NCBI GenBank assembly: GCA_951406725.2
Contig: OX597832.1
Location: 53,196,001 to 53,260,000 of the forward strand
Origin: Octopus vulgaris
Taxonomy: Eukaryota
Reading direction: 5' to 3'
DNA: 64,000 nt
The position numbers and the translations under genes were made by a program. This document shows, piece after piece, positions 12,039 through 25,401 of this stretch; the first letter of the stretch is position 1; each line of letters begins with the position of its first letter. The notes beneath the pieces are model-generated. The model searched no databases. It saw only the letters and a list, made by a program, of their open reading frames with translations, and was not told where the DNA came from.

Positions 12039-12256
12039 GTGTATGTGTGTGTGTGTCTGTGTTTGTCCCTCTAGCATTGCTTGACAACCGATGCTGGCGT
12101 GTTTACGTCCCGGTCACTTAGCGATTCGGCAAAAGAGACCAATAGAATAAGTACTGGGCTTACAAAGAATAAATCATGGGGTCGATTTGCTCGACTAAAG
12201 GCGGTGCTCCAGCATGGCCACAGTCAACTGACTGAAACAAGTAAAAGAGTAAGAGT
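11817..12256 (+). mobile_element. tRNA-derived SINE family A (full length, duplicated 5' start)
   Basis: A/B-box head TGGCTGTGCGGTAAG...GGTTCAGTCCC, CTTGGGCAAG core, internal (TA/TG)n, tail GAAACAAGTAAAAGAGT. Confidence 0.85.
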
Positions 12257-12289
12257 ACAAGTTATCAACTTCCCCAAGCTATGCCTTAA

Positions 12290-12475
12290 CCCTTCTGTTA
12301 TATTTCTGCTGGAATTGCTTTCGATTAATTTTGAAAATAACGAAGAATTTAATTAAAATAACTCATTACCAAGCTGCTGCTTGGAACATAAACCAACACA
12401 AAATTTCGATGGGTCTTAATTTAGATTGCAGGAAGTTTGTATCAGAGAACCAGGCCGAGTTTGGTATTGAAAGGG
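12290..12475. mobile_element. piggyBac-type MITE, family 2
   Basis: TTAA-CCCTT...AAGGG-TTAA; internal TTAATTTTGAAAATAA.GAAGAATT shared with about 5800-5940 and 44341-44615. Confidence 0.7.
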
Positions 12476-12686
12476 TTAATCTGATTATTTCCAAAGCAAC
12501 TTACACAGCTGTCACATCAACAAAGCTACTCCCAAAACATTAGATTAGTCTTTAAATGAGAAACCAAAGCACACAGCAGCACTACTCATTTCATACAGTG
12601 AGACTGCTACACACACGATTCCCGTATTCTAATCGTCCAAGTCTCATTTCCCAACATGCTACAACTACCGGCAGCTCAATATCCTG

Positions 12687-13233
12687 TACCTATTTCTTTA
12701 TTGCCCACAGGGGGCTAAACACAGAGAGGACAAACAAACGGATTAAGTCGATTAGATCGACCCCAGTGCGTAACTGGTACTTAATTTATTGACCCCGAAA
12801 GGAGGAAAGGCAAAGTCAACCTCGGTGGAATTTGAACTCAGAACGTAACAGTGGACGAAATACCTATTTCTTTACTACTCACAAGGGGCTAAACACAGAG
12901 AGGACTAACAAACGGATTAAGTCGATTAGATCGACCCCAGTGCGTAACTGGTACTTAATTTATTGACCCCGAAAGGAGGAAAGGCAAAGTCAACCTCGGT
13001 GGAATTTGAACTCAGAACGTAACAGTGGACGAAATACCTATTTCTTTACTACCCACAAGGGGCTAAACACAGAGAGGACAAACGGATTAAGTCGATCCCA
13101 ATCTGTAACTGGTACTTATTTAATCGACCATGAAAGGCTAAGTCGACCTTGGCGGAATTTGAACTGAGAACGTAGCAGCAGACGAAATACAACTATACAA
13201 TTCGTCCGGCGTGCTAACAATTCTGCCAGCTCG
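12687..13233 (-). repeat. SINE family D (Nin-domain-like core) with its body tandemly triplicated, period 174 bp
   Basis: Units start at 12687, 12861 and 13035 (TACCTATTTCTTTA); core CCTTTC.TCCTTTCGGGGTC..TAAA..AGTACC on the minus strand; single copies at about 15922-16100, 28940-29131, 41403-41612, 52331-52533 and split 55208-55274/56735-56856. Confidence 0.8.
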
Positions 13234-13634
13234 ATATACTGTACCCTGACCCTTTTTTCTTCTCCTGCAACAATCCTTGGTCATCTGAACTAGCAAGCAA
13301 TGTTCTACACTTAACCTGCCGTACATCATTATCCAGATTGATTCACAACTTGGTTTGTACCCAAAATGTTCTGAAATAGTCAAGATTTAGCAACAAGTCC
13401 TTGTATTATTTAACCTACAGAGACTCATAGTTAGCATACAACTGTAATAACAACCCACCCACCCACCAGTTGAGAACCTTGCTCAAGCTATGGGCAGACA
13501 CACACTCATACTAAATGGTAATTAAAAATCAAAAACAAAAGTCACCACACACACATACAAACATTGAATAAAATTGTGATAAGTGCCTGCCGATAGCAAG
13601 ACCTAATTTTGGTAGAATATAAAGACAAACAAGA

Positions 13635-16167
13635 GCAATGGCAACACTTTTGTTTTATTAGAAACAGTAGTCAGCCAACTGACAATGTATTCTAAATGGA
13701 AAAAATGTTGGACATGTTTAATGAAAATAAATAATGTGGAAAAGAATTTGTCAGTTCTCCACTACTTCACAGAAGATCTGAGACTATGTGACAAGGATTG
13801 GGAGAAAAAAAAAAAAAAAAAAAAGAACCTGCAATTCAAAGAGCAGACATCTACTTTGTCACATATGTACAGGCAGGTTTGCAGAATCTGAGCTGAATAC
13901 TTACCGACTTGTGTAGAACATGGATTTAGAGGGGAAACAACTGCCTGACCATTAAACAAGCTGAGGGGTTGTGGTGGAAGGGGACAACTTGTGTTAGCAG
14001 ACACAACATCCTTTGTTAAGTCTTTAACTGATGGAAGAAGGAAGGTGAGGCAGCCACAAATACATAGACTTTATTAAACTATGTTCTGAGCCATTCCAAG
14101 AATTTGGTACAAAAATAACTTTCTCCATAAACATCTTTTATTAAAAGATTAATGAAAGGAAGAATACAGGAGTGTGCTTAGAGCACACTACACCAATTTC
14201 CTCAAGCTGAAAGAATTGTACCAAATAATTTGATAGTTCTGACTAATGGCTACTTACTGATTGGCCACATCAGATCCAGATAGTTTTCTAATATTAATTG
14301 CTGTAAGGCAGGTTAGTAGTTTTACTTTCACATTTTTTTTTTATTCTTTTCATTACTATATTTCACTAAATATAGAAAAAGACAGTGTTTTCATGTATCA
14401 GTTTGTCTTTGTCGCCAAAGGCATTCAGTATGATAACTAATGCATGGCTAAAGAACAAGTACAGGTAGTGAGTCCCTAGTAGGAAGGGACAGGATTGTCA
14501 ACTCAAATTTTATGTTCTGTTTGGTTAGGTAGGGAGGAGAAAGTCTTGCAATTTATTTGCCATATATTTCTGGGTTGAAAGAAGTCAAAGATATTAAGCA
14601 AATATAGGAAAGGGGAGATAAAAAAAGTAATGTTGTATTATAACCCCTTGTCGCTTTCCCTTCGACGACAGCCAGTTTCATAACCAGTCACAGTGATTTT
14701 CACACCTATTGCCATGGTAACTTTGGTCTGTTGATTGGGTCAGTGATAGTTGATGTTGCTAAGTAAACAGGTAAATTTACTGGAGTTCACTATCACAGAA
14801 CACAATCAGTGAGTTTTAGGTATATCTGAAAGCCACAACAAATATATAACCAAGATATAAGAAGTTGGTTGAAGAACAAGTCGAAGGCTTCAAAAGGATA
14901 CACCAGGAGATAATAAGTGTTGTAGAGTAGTTAATTATGTTAGTAATAGAATTAAAGGCAGCAATTGTTTTTCTTTTTTGGGGACAAAAAGTTATAAGCG
15001 GACCATTCGTAAGAAGGAAAAAAAGTAACATTTAAATAGGTTTTGTAAATATATGTACAAAGTAAGTGAAGAATAAAAACTGTGATTCCTCAGAGTGAAA
15101 GGCAAACTTCTAAACAGAAAAGTTGAAGATGAAAGCATTTCTAGAGACTATTAGATATTTTACTTGGACTTAAGTTTTAGGCAAGCAATTTGTAGATGCA
15201 TAGAAATACATCAGAGAAAATTGAACCAAACTGTCTTATAGGTTAAAATAATACAATATTGATGAAGGAAACTGATTAAAAGATGAGACTATTGAAAATA
15301 TTGAAGATTTGCAATGTCTAATTTAGGAAACAAAAATTTTATTTTGTCTTTTAAGAAGACTTAAAATACTAGGAAAAGAAAGATATGCTTTAAAAAAAAA
15401 AATTTTTGGTTAAAAGGAATTGCCATGGATTAATATTGTAATAATCTCTCTGCAAGTAAATATTTCTGCATTTAAGTAGAAGAGATGTAGTAGAAACAGG
15501 ATTAGCTGCATTAAAAATGTTACCTTTCGCTTCCAGAATGGCTTCTACAAAGTGTAAATAGGACAAATCAAAGCCAATGTGAAACAGTTTGAAAGTTTTG
15601 TCTTTGAAATTGATGATCTCTTGCTACAAGGATATAAATAGACGTTTTCAGAAAGGAACGCTGGAAGTCTTTCAAGACAACAATACCAAGCTGTTCATTA
15701 GGAAACCATTGTTTTTAATGTTAAATGATCATAAGAGCTAAACGAAGGCCAGAATTAGAAGTGGAAAATGGTGGTAGTGGTGGGGAAGATAATAGTTTCT
15801 AGGTGTTAGTAGTATATGTGTTCAGAAGTGGAAGGTCTTTGTTGTCAACTGACAATTTACTAGATTCAGAACCAACATATAATAATTATAATTATAATAA
15901 TAATATTAAATAAACTTCTCAGATAGGCCTCAAGGCCACATTTGTATGGGGTTTAGTCAATTGAACCAATCCCAGGTACGTGCTTGGTATTTTATGCACC
16001 CTAGAGGGATGAAAGGGAAAGTCAACTGTGGTGAAGTTTGAACTCAGCACATAGCAAGAGAAACAAAATATATATTCTACCATTTCTGCCATCCCACTGC
16101 CAACAATAATTAAAATAATTAACAGTAGAAAATAATATATATATATTATTAAGTTACTACGATGGTT

Positions 16168-16199
<32 letters not shown>

Positions 16200-19100
16200 G
16201 AAAAATAAGGTTGTGTAGAATAGAGTCTGAAACAATAAAATGTAGTCTAATTGAAATAAAAGATACATGCATTGAAAGTTTTAATATGAACTGTTGTTAA
16301 TTCAAGGAAATGTAGATATTGATATGAAATATGTCAAGACGTAATTACTATTGTGTGCATGTGTGAGTGTATATATACATATATATATATATATGGATAT
16401 ATATGTATGTATATATATCTGCACATGTACAAATTGTTTATACAGTCTCCTCTAGTATATCAAAGGCAACCTTTAAGGAAACTCCACATCTGCAATCATC
16501 TTCTGACTGATTCTGGCTAACTTCAGAAAAAGCTAGCTAAGAGGCAGCAGCAGATGTTTAAAATCGACGGTTTATGATTATGCACACTTCTTTGTATTAA
16601 CAAGGCAAGTCAGATAGGGATGAAAACAGATCTAAGAATAAAAGAAAACGGTATATAAGGTATATATATATATATGTTTTCGAGAAGACATAGCGTCAGT
16701 GGTTGTATGCTATTGTGACAAGGCTGTGTTACATAGGTATTTGTTAGTAGATATTTAGGTTTCACAAGCCAATCGATGTAGTAATAATAACATTTAAACT
16801 GCTTAGAAAAGATAAACCAAAGCAGCTCCAGAAAGGCTTTATTGAGGTTTTACTTCATCTTGACTCACCGAATCAAGGTTTGAGAGTATTTTTTTTTATT
16901 TTTAAAGTTTCAGTTTATATTAGTAGAGCATAATTCCTAAATTATAGCAAAAATACCATTTATTCATTTTCTAAATAAGGAAAAAAAAAAAAAAAATTAG
17001 CAAAAGAAACAAAATAAAATCTCCAGAAAAAGAGAAAATGCTTGGATTAGAAAGACTTTAAAACTGTTTAGTGTAAATTCTTAATCTATGACTTGGAACG
17101 AAAAAAATAAAGGATGTCAATAGGTGTAGGGTAGGACTGCATCTAGCAATGGCCTGGTAATCAATCACTAATACTAGGATTTAAAAAAAAAAAAACAAAC
17201 AAAAAATCAATTTGGTCATAGTTTGAAAATGCTTGGAAAAATAGTTTCAATAAAAACAAAAACTGATCAGTCCTTAGAAAAAAAAAAAAAAAAATGAAAC
17301 AATGGTGCATAAGAGAAGAGTTTTAACCTATGTCATTGATGGCATTTATTGTTTACTAATTGTCAACTTTAATTGTTAAAGGACAACGGCAAAGTAAAGG
17401 TTTAACGACTTGTTTTTTTAGCATCAAAATGAAAACTTGCTGTTCAAAGTTAAAAGTAAAATTAAAAACACTGTTAGATGATTCTGTTGTGACAAAAGCA
17501 GAGCAATTCTATCAAAAAAAAGCCATCATTTTTTTTTTAGCTCCAAATACCAGATACATCATCATGGAATGACAATTACACAACAAAATAAGCACTAAGT
17601 AGCTTCTTTTTTTTTAAAAAACAAACACTATCTACATTTAAACCGATATTAGTAGGTCACAAACCAAAATTTAAATCAATTAGATTTAGTCTGTTAGTAA
17701 AAATAATTATATTTTCTATGTTTAATAACTTGTTTTTAGATAAAGCAAAATAATTTCAGCAATTATATATGAATTTTAGACACTTCTAATAAATCTGTTG
17801 TGGTACATTATGCTATTTTTATAAACAGCATCACATAGACTATCTGGAAAGTTAGACCACCCAGAAGCAATGTTATCCATGTGTTGTAGTTTTTATTTTA
17901 TTTTTTTTTCCATTAAAATGGGGGACGGGTGGGTTTGAATCAGGAAAGAAAATGAAACCAGTAGAAATATCTCTCGTCAAACAATGGAAAGAAAATAAAG
18001 GTGATTAAACTCACCTCAATGAAACCTATTTGAGAACAGGTATATTTAACATTAACTAAGTCTGTGCACTGTAAATTGAAACCTAAAGAATCACTTAAAA
18101 ATCAAACAGCACAAAACAAAATAACAGCAAATAACAAAAAATACTTTTTTTTTTTTTTAGAAAAACCTACAATTTTCTTTTGTTACTGTTGTCAATATAG
18201 TCCAGGTTAATGCAAAATAGTGAAACTAACTGAAGAAAAGACACTAAGCATATTGAAGGAAAAAAAAAAAATACTATCAAAGAGTATTAACAACTAGAAC
18301 AAATAGATTTTAAATCGATATAGAATACATTGGGATATATAAAAAAAAAAAAAAACGAAAAAAAGCACCAGCATTAATATTCTGTTTTGACAAAAAAAAA
18401 CAAAAAAAACTCCATCATAAAAATAATTTAAACACTCCCATAACGAAAAGCAATGAGAGTAGCAAAAACAGATGAAATAAACAGCAGTAAAAAGCTAAAT
18501 GGTAAAGTAAGCTAGCAGAAAAGGTAGCAACACGTTATCTTAGGAGCAAATAATTAGCTAATACTGTTAATATGTTGACCATAAAAAAAAAAAAAAAAAA
18601 AAAAGTTTAACAATCAAAATGCTATATGCACATATTGCTAATAACTATTTTTTCTTTTTTAAATCTTTTAAGCAGGGGGGTAAGTCTGTAGATAGGTGGG
18701 GGGGTGGCAAGAAATTAGCAATTAGAGAGAAATACGTTTGGCCCAGATTGGAATTTCTTTGTAGATATATTTGGGTTTGAAAAATGTTGCACATAAAACT
18801 GTTTGTTAAATGTATCAGATTATATTTTCAATGGAACAAATCAAGACGACAATAATTACGTAAGGTAACTAACCAAGAGGCCTATGTTAAATGCTTTTAA
18901 TTATTGAAGAAAATAACTGAACCAATGTCTTGATTTTTTGGAGAATTTTCAATTTTATGTGGTCATATTATTCCATATATTATAGAAATAAACCGTAGAT
19001 AGAATCAATTGAAAGAAATTGTAATACTTGTGGAGTTCAGTATGTAAAGCTCCTTTTAGCTACATTGCAACTTTGCTTATTTAAACCATTTCATAGGTAA

Positions 19101-20114
19101 CAAATGAATACTACATGGAAATTAGAAGTTATAGCACTACTAATTTAATTTAATGTACTTTCAAGTAAAACTGTTAATGGGAAGACAATTACACTTAGCT
19201 TTCAATTTAAGATTGACGACATATTCTCATCTATAGCAGTCCTCCGCCCTAAACTTACTACTGTGTGCAGTGTTTTACAACTGCATTAACTTTACAGCTT
19301 AAATAGATGTTCAAATACCTGTAGTGAAATGAAATGAAATAAATAAGATGCCAAAATGATAAGTTTAAAAAAAAAAAAAAACAAAAAAAAAAAAACAACC
19401 AAAATTAACGGATTACAGACTGCAAGTAAATTGAAATGAAAACAAAAGCAATCAAACCGAATGAGGTTAGGTGGCAGCATTGATAGTAGAAAGGTTGCTG
19501 TTAATCATCTTACCATGAAAAAATTTTACTCAATTAGGCCAACACGGATTGAAGGAATACATTCTGCTACCAGCAGCTTCAATATCTCTATTGTAGACCC
19601 TGCTACCAACATTGTACCTCTTAGCAGAACTTAATTGTACCAGAATATTTAACAACATTGTTACCTTCACAGTGCATGCCAACTTTCCCCCCAAACTGTC
19701 TAGGCCAAATATACCATGCACTCTGAGACAATGCAACAGTCAAAGCAAACTAATTGCTTGACAATATATGCATAGATTGAGCTCAGTCCAGAATTGAAAA
19801 CAAAATAGACTAATGTCTAGGCAATTCAGGGTAGTAAGTCATCCTAAACACACAGGAATACATTTTTTTTTTTTTAAAGAAACTTTTAAAAAAATTTACT
19901 CATGTTTTTTTTTTTCTCTAAAAACATTTTTTTTTTCATGTAATTAATCATGTTTTGGAGCAGCAACAGCATTTTTCCAGCTGTGTAGTCCATTCAATAA
20001 GCGTTGATCAGTGGTTACTGATTTCAATGTCTGCCTTGCCTGCAAACCTGACTTCAAGTCGATTCTTTCAACAAGTCAGGGAAAGGGAGGGGAATTCAAA
20101 ACCTGCAATCCTAC
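13635..20114 (-). other. Probable long FMR1 3'UTR (about 6.5 kb)
   Basis: Nearly free of the SINEs that saturate the rest of the window; many long U tracts on the transcript strand; AATAAA (minus) at 13654-13659 followed by GU-rich sequence; further AATAAA at 14070-14075, 14137-14142 and 17345-17350. Confidence 0.55.
13654..13659 (-). terminator. Candidate distal polyadenylation signal of FMR1
   Basis: AATAAA on the minus strand followed by GUGUUGCCAUUGCUCUUGUUUGUCUUU, at the edge of the repeat-poor block. Confidence 0.45.
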
Positions 20115-20638
20115 TCATTGTTCTCCATTAACAAGCTGTTCCTTTGATTTGCAGAAATGAGTAGTAGTAGCAGTAGGAGAAGTTGCAGAGTTGCTCGACT
20201 TGCTCTTTATATTTTTACTGTCGGATTCACTGCTACTGAGTTGCTGACGGGTTTGTTTGCGAGCATCTCGTTGTTGCTTGGGTGTAGAATCATTTTCTGT
20301 TTTCACAATAATTTCTTTTTCATTTGCCACCATACTATTGTTGTTGTTATAAGTAGGCCGGTTGCCTCCCAGTTGCAGATGCATTTGTGAGGAGTGAGGT
20401 GGGGGAGATTGAGAATGGTGGTTATTATGGACAGACGTAACAGACACAGAGAAATCTTCTGGCTTATGCATGTTGTTATTGTAACTTGGGCTCCTCATCA
20501 TAGAACCGGCCCGTGACGGTGGTGCCGAGTAGCGGCCCCTGTAATTAGATACACTTGTGTCTGTCTCAGTACCAGAAGCTGCACTACCATTACCACGCAA
20601 TCTTCTTCTGCGCCTCCTTCTTTTATCCCGTCTACGAT
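20115..20638 (-). CDS. FMR1: FMR1 terminal coding exon (poly-Arg NLS/NoLS-like tract, S/N/Q/H-rich tail)
   Basis: ctctttcag|AT CGT...; same frame as ORF 20115..20669; ends EQLVNGEQ-TGA; summed exon length 1932 nt = 644 codons including the stop. Confidence 0.92.
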
Positions 20639-21213
20639 CTGAAAGAGTGTCAAAACAAAAATTAAGCATTCAATTAATTAAAAGATAAGTCGTAGTGCAA
20701 ATACCATTAGCTAATAACCAATTCGTTTTTATTGTTCTTTTAAGTTGTCAAACTTAACAAACAGTCTTAGATAACTCAATCTCTTAAAATTACATTTCTT
20801 CTCAATATCCTTAATAATCATCATCATCATCATCGTTTAGCGTCCGCTTTCCATGCTAGCATGGGTTGGACGGTTCAACTGGGGTCTGGGAAGCCAGAAG
20901 GCTGCACCAGGCCCAGTCTGATCTGGCAATGTTTCTACGGCTGGATGCCCTTCCTAACGCCAACCACTCCGTGAGTGTAGTAGATCAGTTCTTGCAAATA
21001 TTTAATTAGTCATTACTCTCATGTTCTGCTTGAACAAACAAAGAAATCTACACTGACAAAGCAAACTGAAGCAACAGAGTGAATGAGAAATTGTCTAGCA
21101 AAGCAAAGACAGAACTGGCGTCTAAGTTCTTGGTCCTCTCATTGAAATTTTCCAAAGACATGTCTAAATGTCTTGGAATTTAACATCCTTATGTTTTAAA
21201 GATGAAACTTTAA

Positions 21214-21429
21214 CCCTTTAGTGTTCAGATTATTCTGACAAATGTGATGTTTATTTAAAATGGTTTGAATTAATCATGCATTATCTTGTAGTTTAGAGAT
21301 TCCAGTGATGTGATTTTTTAGTTTTAGAATGACATGGTAGGGCTGAGGTGAAAGGCGAGATCTGGTCAGTTTCAATATAAAACAGGCTAAATATTTTGGC
21401 CAGATATGGCTGGTTTGAATGCTAAAGGG
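21214..21429. mobile_element. piggyBac-type MITE, family 1
   Basis: TTAA-CCCTTTAG...CTAAAGGG-TTAA; opposite orientation to the 4392 copy. Confidence 0.85.
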
Positions 21430-22059
21430 TTAAATACGTTTACATCTGTACCACCATAGTCTCTGCTGTTTGCCATGTAATTCAGTTTTCAGGAATATTC
21501 TTTTCTTCATTCCTTTCTCATCACCCCACCCCACACCTCCTTTCCTAATTTTTCCCCCATCATACTCCTAGTGTAAAAGGTAATGACATCACAGACACTG
21601 TCAATTACTCCTTCATTGTAAGTTATTACTCTCCAATCAGCTGTTATTCACAAGTACCTGCTGATAACTCCCTTTCTACATCACCGCCCCTCCAGTCAGC
21701 TTCCACCACTCCTTCCTTCCAAACTTCTCCCATCACATTTCTTTACCATCTCCTTAACTAGCACTATATATCCCTCTCCACCTTCTAGATCATTTTTAAA
21801 CTTCCAGATTAATTGTCTCCAGAATCTGTGCAAGAGATTGCCATTTGCTGTTTCTAACTATGATATTGACATTTTTGGATGATAAATATCATAAAAATAT
21901 TGGACCACTGAAAGAATGTTTACACAAGTAACCCAAAGGTAGTGAAGTAAAAACCTTCAGCCTTTGAAACATCAACCACCCTCTTAGATAATCCCAATAT
22001 TCTGCATAATGAACAATATAAATACATACACACATAGAGGAGGTCTCAAAAAATATAGA

Positions 22060-23472
22060 CACTATCAGCTGATAATTCAACAGTAAGTTCTTTTTAGATT
22101 TAACTCATTATTTCAAATGGGAAGCAGACTAAAAGTGTCCTGAAGTGCTTCAAGAAGTTTGTAAATACAGTCAAATTGTAAAGACAGTTCAGGAGAGAGG
22201 TTCAAACAGATCCACTTATGTGACCTTATGCGAAGTGGAGTTATGTTTGAAGCAGATGAAACTGGTCAGAATGTCCCCTAATGTTCCAGAAGACTTCAGA
22301 CATTGATGAATCCCAACAAAGCATGAAAGGGTACTAGGAATTTCAAAATCAAGCCTCTATCATATTTTGACATGCTGTCATTGGAGAAGTTACATGTGAA
22401 GAATGGGCATCTCCATGTTCCCAATGAGGACGATCCTGGCTAAAGAGCGGAATTTAGCAAGATGTGTAGAAGATGCACATTTCAACAAAAATCAGAGTTA
22501 TGAGGCTACATTTAAATTAAATGGCTTAAATGGCTCAGTTAACTTCCACACCTGCATCTACTGGTAACCTGATAATCCACGTATTATGGAGGAACACGAT
22601 GTTAATTTATCAGGGGTTACAATATGGTGCAGCTTTATCATCAAAAGGATTGATTGGACTGTTCTTTTTTTGATGGCATTGTGACTGATCCAATTCACTT
22701 GAACTTGCTGTGGAAATCTGTTATGCCAAGTATCAAGAGAACTTTGAAGATGTGAAGCTTTATTTCAAGCAAGATGGGGTACTTTCATACCAACATAGTA
22801 ATGTAAGGGCTTCACTTGATGAGATTTTGCCAAACAGGTTCTGTAGCATGCCTACCACATTCACCAGACCTCTCATCATAAAACTTTTTTTTTTTGAGGA
22901 TACTTAAAAGGTCCAAGTTTACACTACAAAACCAGTAATGGTTGATGAAGTGAGGGCAGTCATTGAATGAAAATGCACACAAACAAAATATTTCTTGATA
23001 TTTGTGATCCCAATGCCTCTCATATTAAACAGTGCCTGGATCAGAACAGTTTGAAAACAAATGTTCATAAGAAAATAAAATTCTGTCTGCAGATTTTTTA
23101 AAATTTTGAAAACGAGATGTCATTATCATCATCATCATTTAACGTCCGCTTTCCATGCTAGCATGGGTTGGACGATTTTGACTGAGGGCTGGCGAATCAG
23201 ATGGTTGCACCGGGCTCCAATCTTGATCTGGCAGAGTTTCTACAGCTGGATGCCATTCCTAACGCCAACCACTCCGAGAGTGTAGTGGGTGCTTTTTATG
23301 TGCCACCGGCACGGGAGCCAGTCAGGCGGTACTGGCAATGACCTCGCTCGAATCTTTTTACACGTGCCAGTGAAGCAACGTTGATAACGATCACACTCGA
23401 ATGGTGCCCTATTTCAATTAAAATGATTTTATAATCATTCAATTTGAGTATACATCTTTTTAGGACACCCTA
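22060..23472 (+). pseudogene. Decayed Tc1/mariner-superfamily transposon (DD37D/maT-like transposase remnants), interrupted by a SINE
   Basis: Frameshifted fragments resembling SDEATFKLNG, VNLPGVTVW, GLIGxFFFDG, YFKQDG (FQQDG) and SPDL...GYLK; TIR-like TTTTAGGACACCCT at the right end; left boundary approximate. Confidence 0.7.
23120..23410 (-). mobile_element. Retroposon family B (reverse orientation)
   Basis: Starts (CAT)n TTAACGTCCGCTTTCCATGCTAGC; other reverse copies at 6205-6371, 11445-11583, 20817-20981, 46177-46312, 57971-58079 and 59506-59781. Confidence 0.8.
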
Positions 23473-23507
23473 TGGAGGGATGTGAGAAGATTGTGTATTG
23501 ACAGTTA

Positions 23508-23673
23508 CTGTATTTTAATGTGTATAAGGACCCCCCCCTCTAATTTTGGGGGCTTAAAATTTGGAAAAAAGGTTTTATAAGGGACTGTAATACTATCCAT
23601 GTATAAGAAACTCCCATATATTTTTAACCTAATTTTTGACAAAAAAGGGTTTCTTATACACATTAAAATATGG
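23508..23673. mobile_element. Tc2/pogo-type MITE
   Basis: TA-CTGTATTTTAATGTGTATAAG...CTTATACACATTAAAATATGG-TA. Confidence 0.75.
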
Positions 23674-23800
23674 TAAATGGGTTCTTAAGCTTATGGGGTT
23701 TCAAAGTGATAGTTCAGTTACTTAAAGAGCAGCAAACAAAATCAATAGAATAACCATACCAACCAACATAAGACATTAAATATTTAGATGAATTGCTAAC

Positions 23801-23905
23801 CTTGATCTTGGCTGTTTACACTTGCATTATCCAGTACTGTGTCTTCGTCATCTGTTGTTCGACGACGTGATCTTTGATCTTGGATATCATCATCATCATA
23901 GGCAC
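23801..23905 (-). CDS. FMR1: FMR1 exon (FXR-like RSRRRxxDED motif)
   Basis: tag|GT GCC...CAA G|gttagc; 105 nt; AYDDDDIQDQRSRRRTTDDEDTVLDNASVNSQDQ resembles FXR1 RSRRRRTDED...ASVN; phase 1-1. Confidence 0.9.
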
Positions 23906-24527
23906 CTAAATAACGGTAAAATAAAAGTTCGTTAAAATTCCACAATATATTAATTGTAAAATGAGGAGTTAATCAATCGCTATCAATTTTTTTTGAGCAT
24001 TTGATTTCTAGTCTTTCATTTCTTCAGAATAAGTTCTATATATAAGGAAGAAAATCATTCCATGAGAATTGAAGCAGTGTCACACCTACCTTCGTTAGTT
24101 CCCGTAGTTTCTGGTCAGCAGATACTGCTGCATACCATCAATCACCACTACCACCACTACCTTTTCAACACAATCACACACAATCATTTCCCAGTCCATC
24201 CAAGCCAGTCTCTTCTGTTTTTGCTTTCTACCAAAGTTAACTCTTAAATTTTTGTTGCATTCTCAATACAATTCTAATGGTTATTATTTCTTCACAAATA
24301 AGAAACGGTTCCTCCAAACGGTGAAGACTTAACTCAAGGCTGATTGATACAACTCTTCTTGGACTGAATCTTCTTTCTTAATCTGTTAGAGACAGCCTAA
24401 ACTTTAGTTAGCTAATAACTTTTGTAGACCTTGCAAAACAGATATTTGCCTGGGACAGCTATTGATGGGTGTCAACAGGAAAACCTTCGACAGGTGAGGG
24501 AAATTCAGAGGAATTTAATAACATTAA

Positions 24528-24748
24528 CCCTTTAGTGTTCGCATTATTCTACCAAAATTAATGCTTTTTCATCCACTTTGTTTTGAACTAATCATGCATT
24601 ATCTTGTAGCTATGAGAATTTGATGAGGCAGCTGTTAATTTTTAAAACAATATTGTAGGGTTGGTGTGAGAAATTAGATCTGGCCAGTTTGAACATAAAA
24701 CAGGCAGAATACTTTTGGCCGGATATGGCCGGTTTAAAAGCTAAAGGG
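24528..24748. mobile_element. piggyBac-type MITE, family 1
   Basis: TTAA-CCCTTTAG...CTAAAGGG-TTAA. Confidence 0.85.
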
Positions 24749-25401
24749 TTAAGGGTCAAGGAGTGGAATTATTGTGGAGCTGAAACTATTATAGAGATAT
24801 TAAAACTAGTTGCATTAACTAAAGTTATTCTGCCAAAGTTAAGCTTAGTTCATTCAAATTTAACTGTATGAATAAGAGTTAAATTTATAGCCCACATGAA
24901 CTCCCTAAATGTTTTTAATGGGGGCCCAATATTCTTATATTTTCTATAAAAAAACAAGTCTAATAACTCTAACATATATACAAATAGACAGGTGTCATAT
25001 ATTCCGAGTTTTTCTTCTTCTTAAACTAAATTTATTTCTAGAAATTCAGCAGACTATTCTACTTAAGAATGTCACTGAAATTGGTTCCAATAGTTTTGGT
25101 ATCCATTTGTGAGAAACTCTAGTTTCTTAGACAAGGTTACACGTGATTTGAAAGTTCTAACACTGATGAGGTCTCAATGTGAAATATAAAGTTTATTGTA
25201 ATACAACCACTAAAGCATTCTGTGTAGTTATAATCATTGTTGTTTTATATTGTAGACATAATCTGGCTATTAATTTACATAATTATAATCATTATTACTT
25301 TATATTGAAGGACATGATATGACTATTATTTGTTTCACATAGAAAAATGTGAAATAAATTTAATATAACAAGTATCAAGTAAATGAAGAGGTGTTACATA
25401 C

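Noticed and set aside
25157-25195. CTGATGA...GAAA hammerhead-like motif on the plus strand
   Set aside because: Stem II and stem I do not pair convincingly; at most a decayed relic
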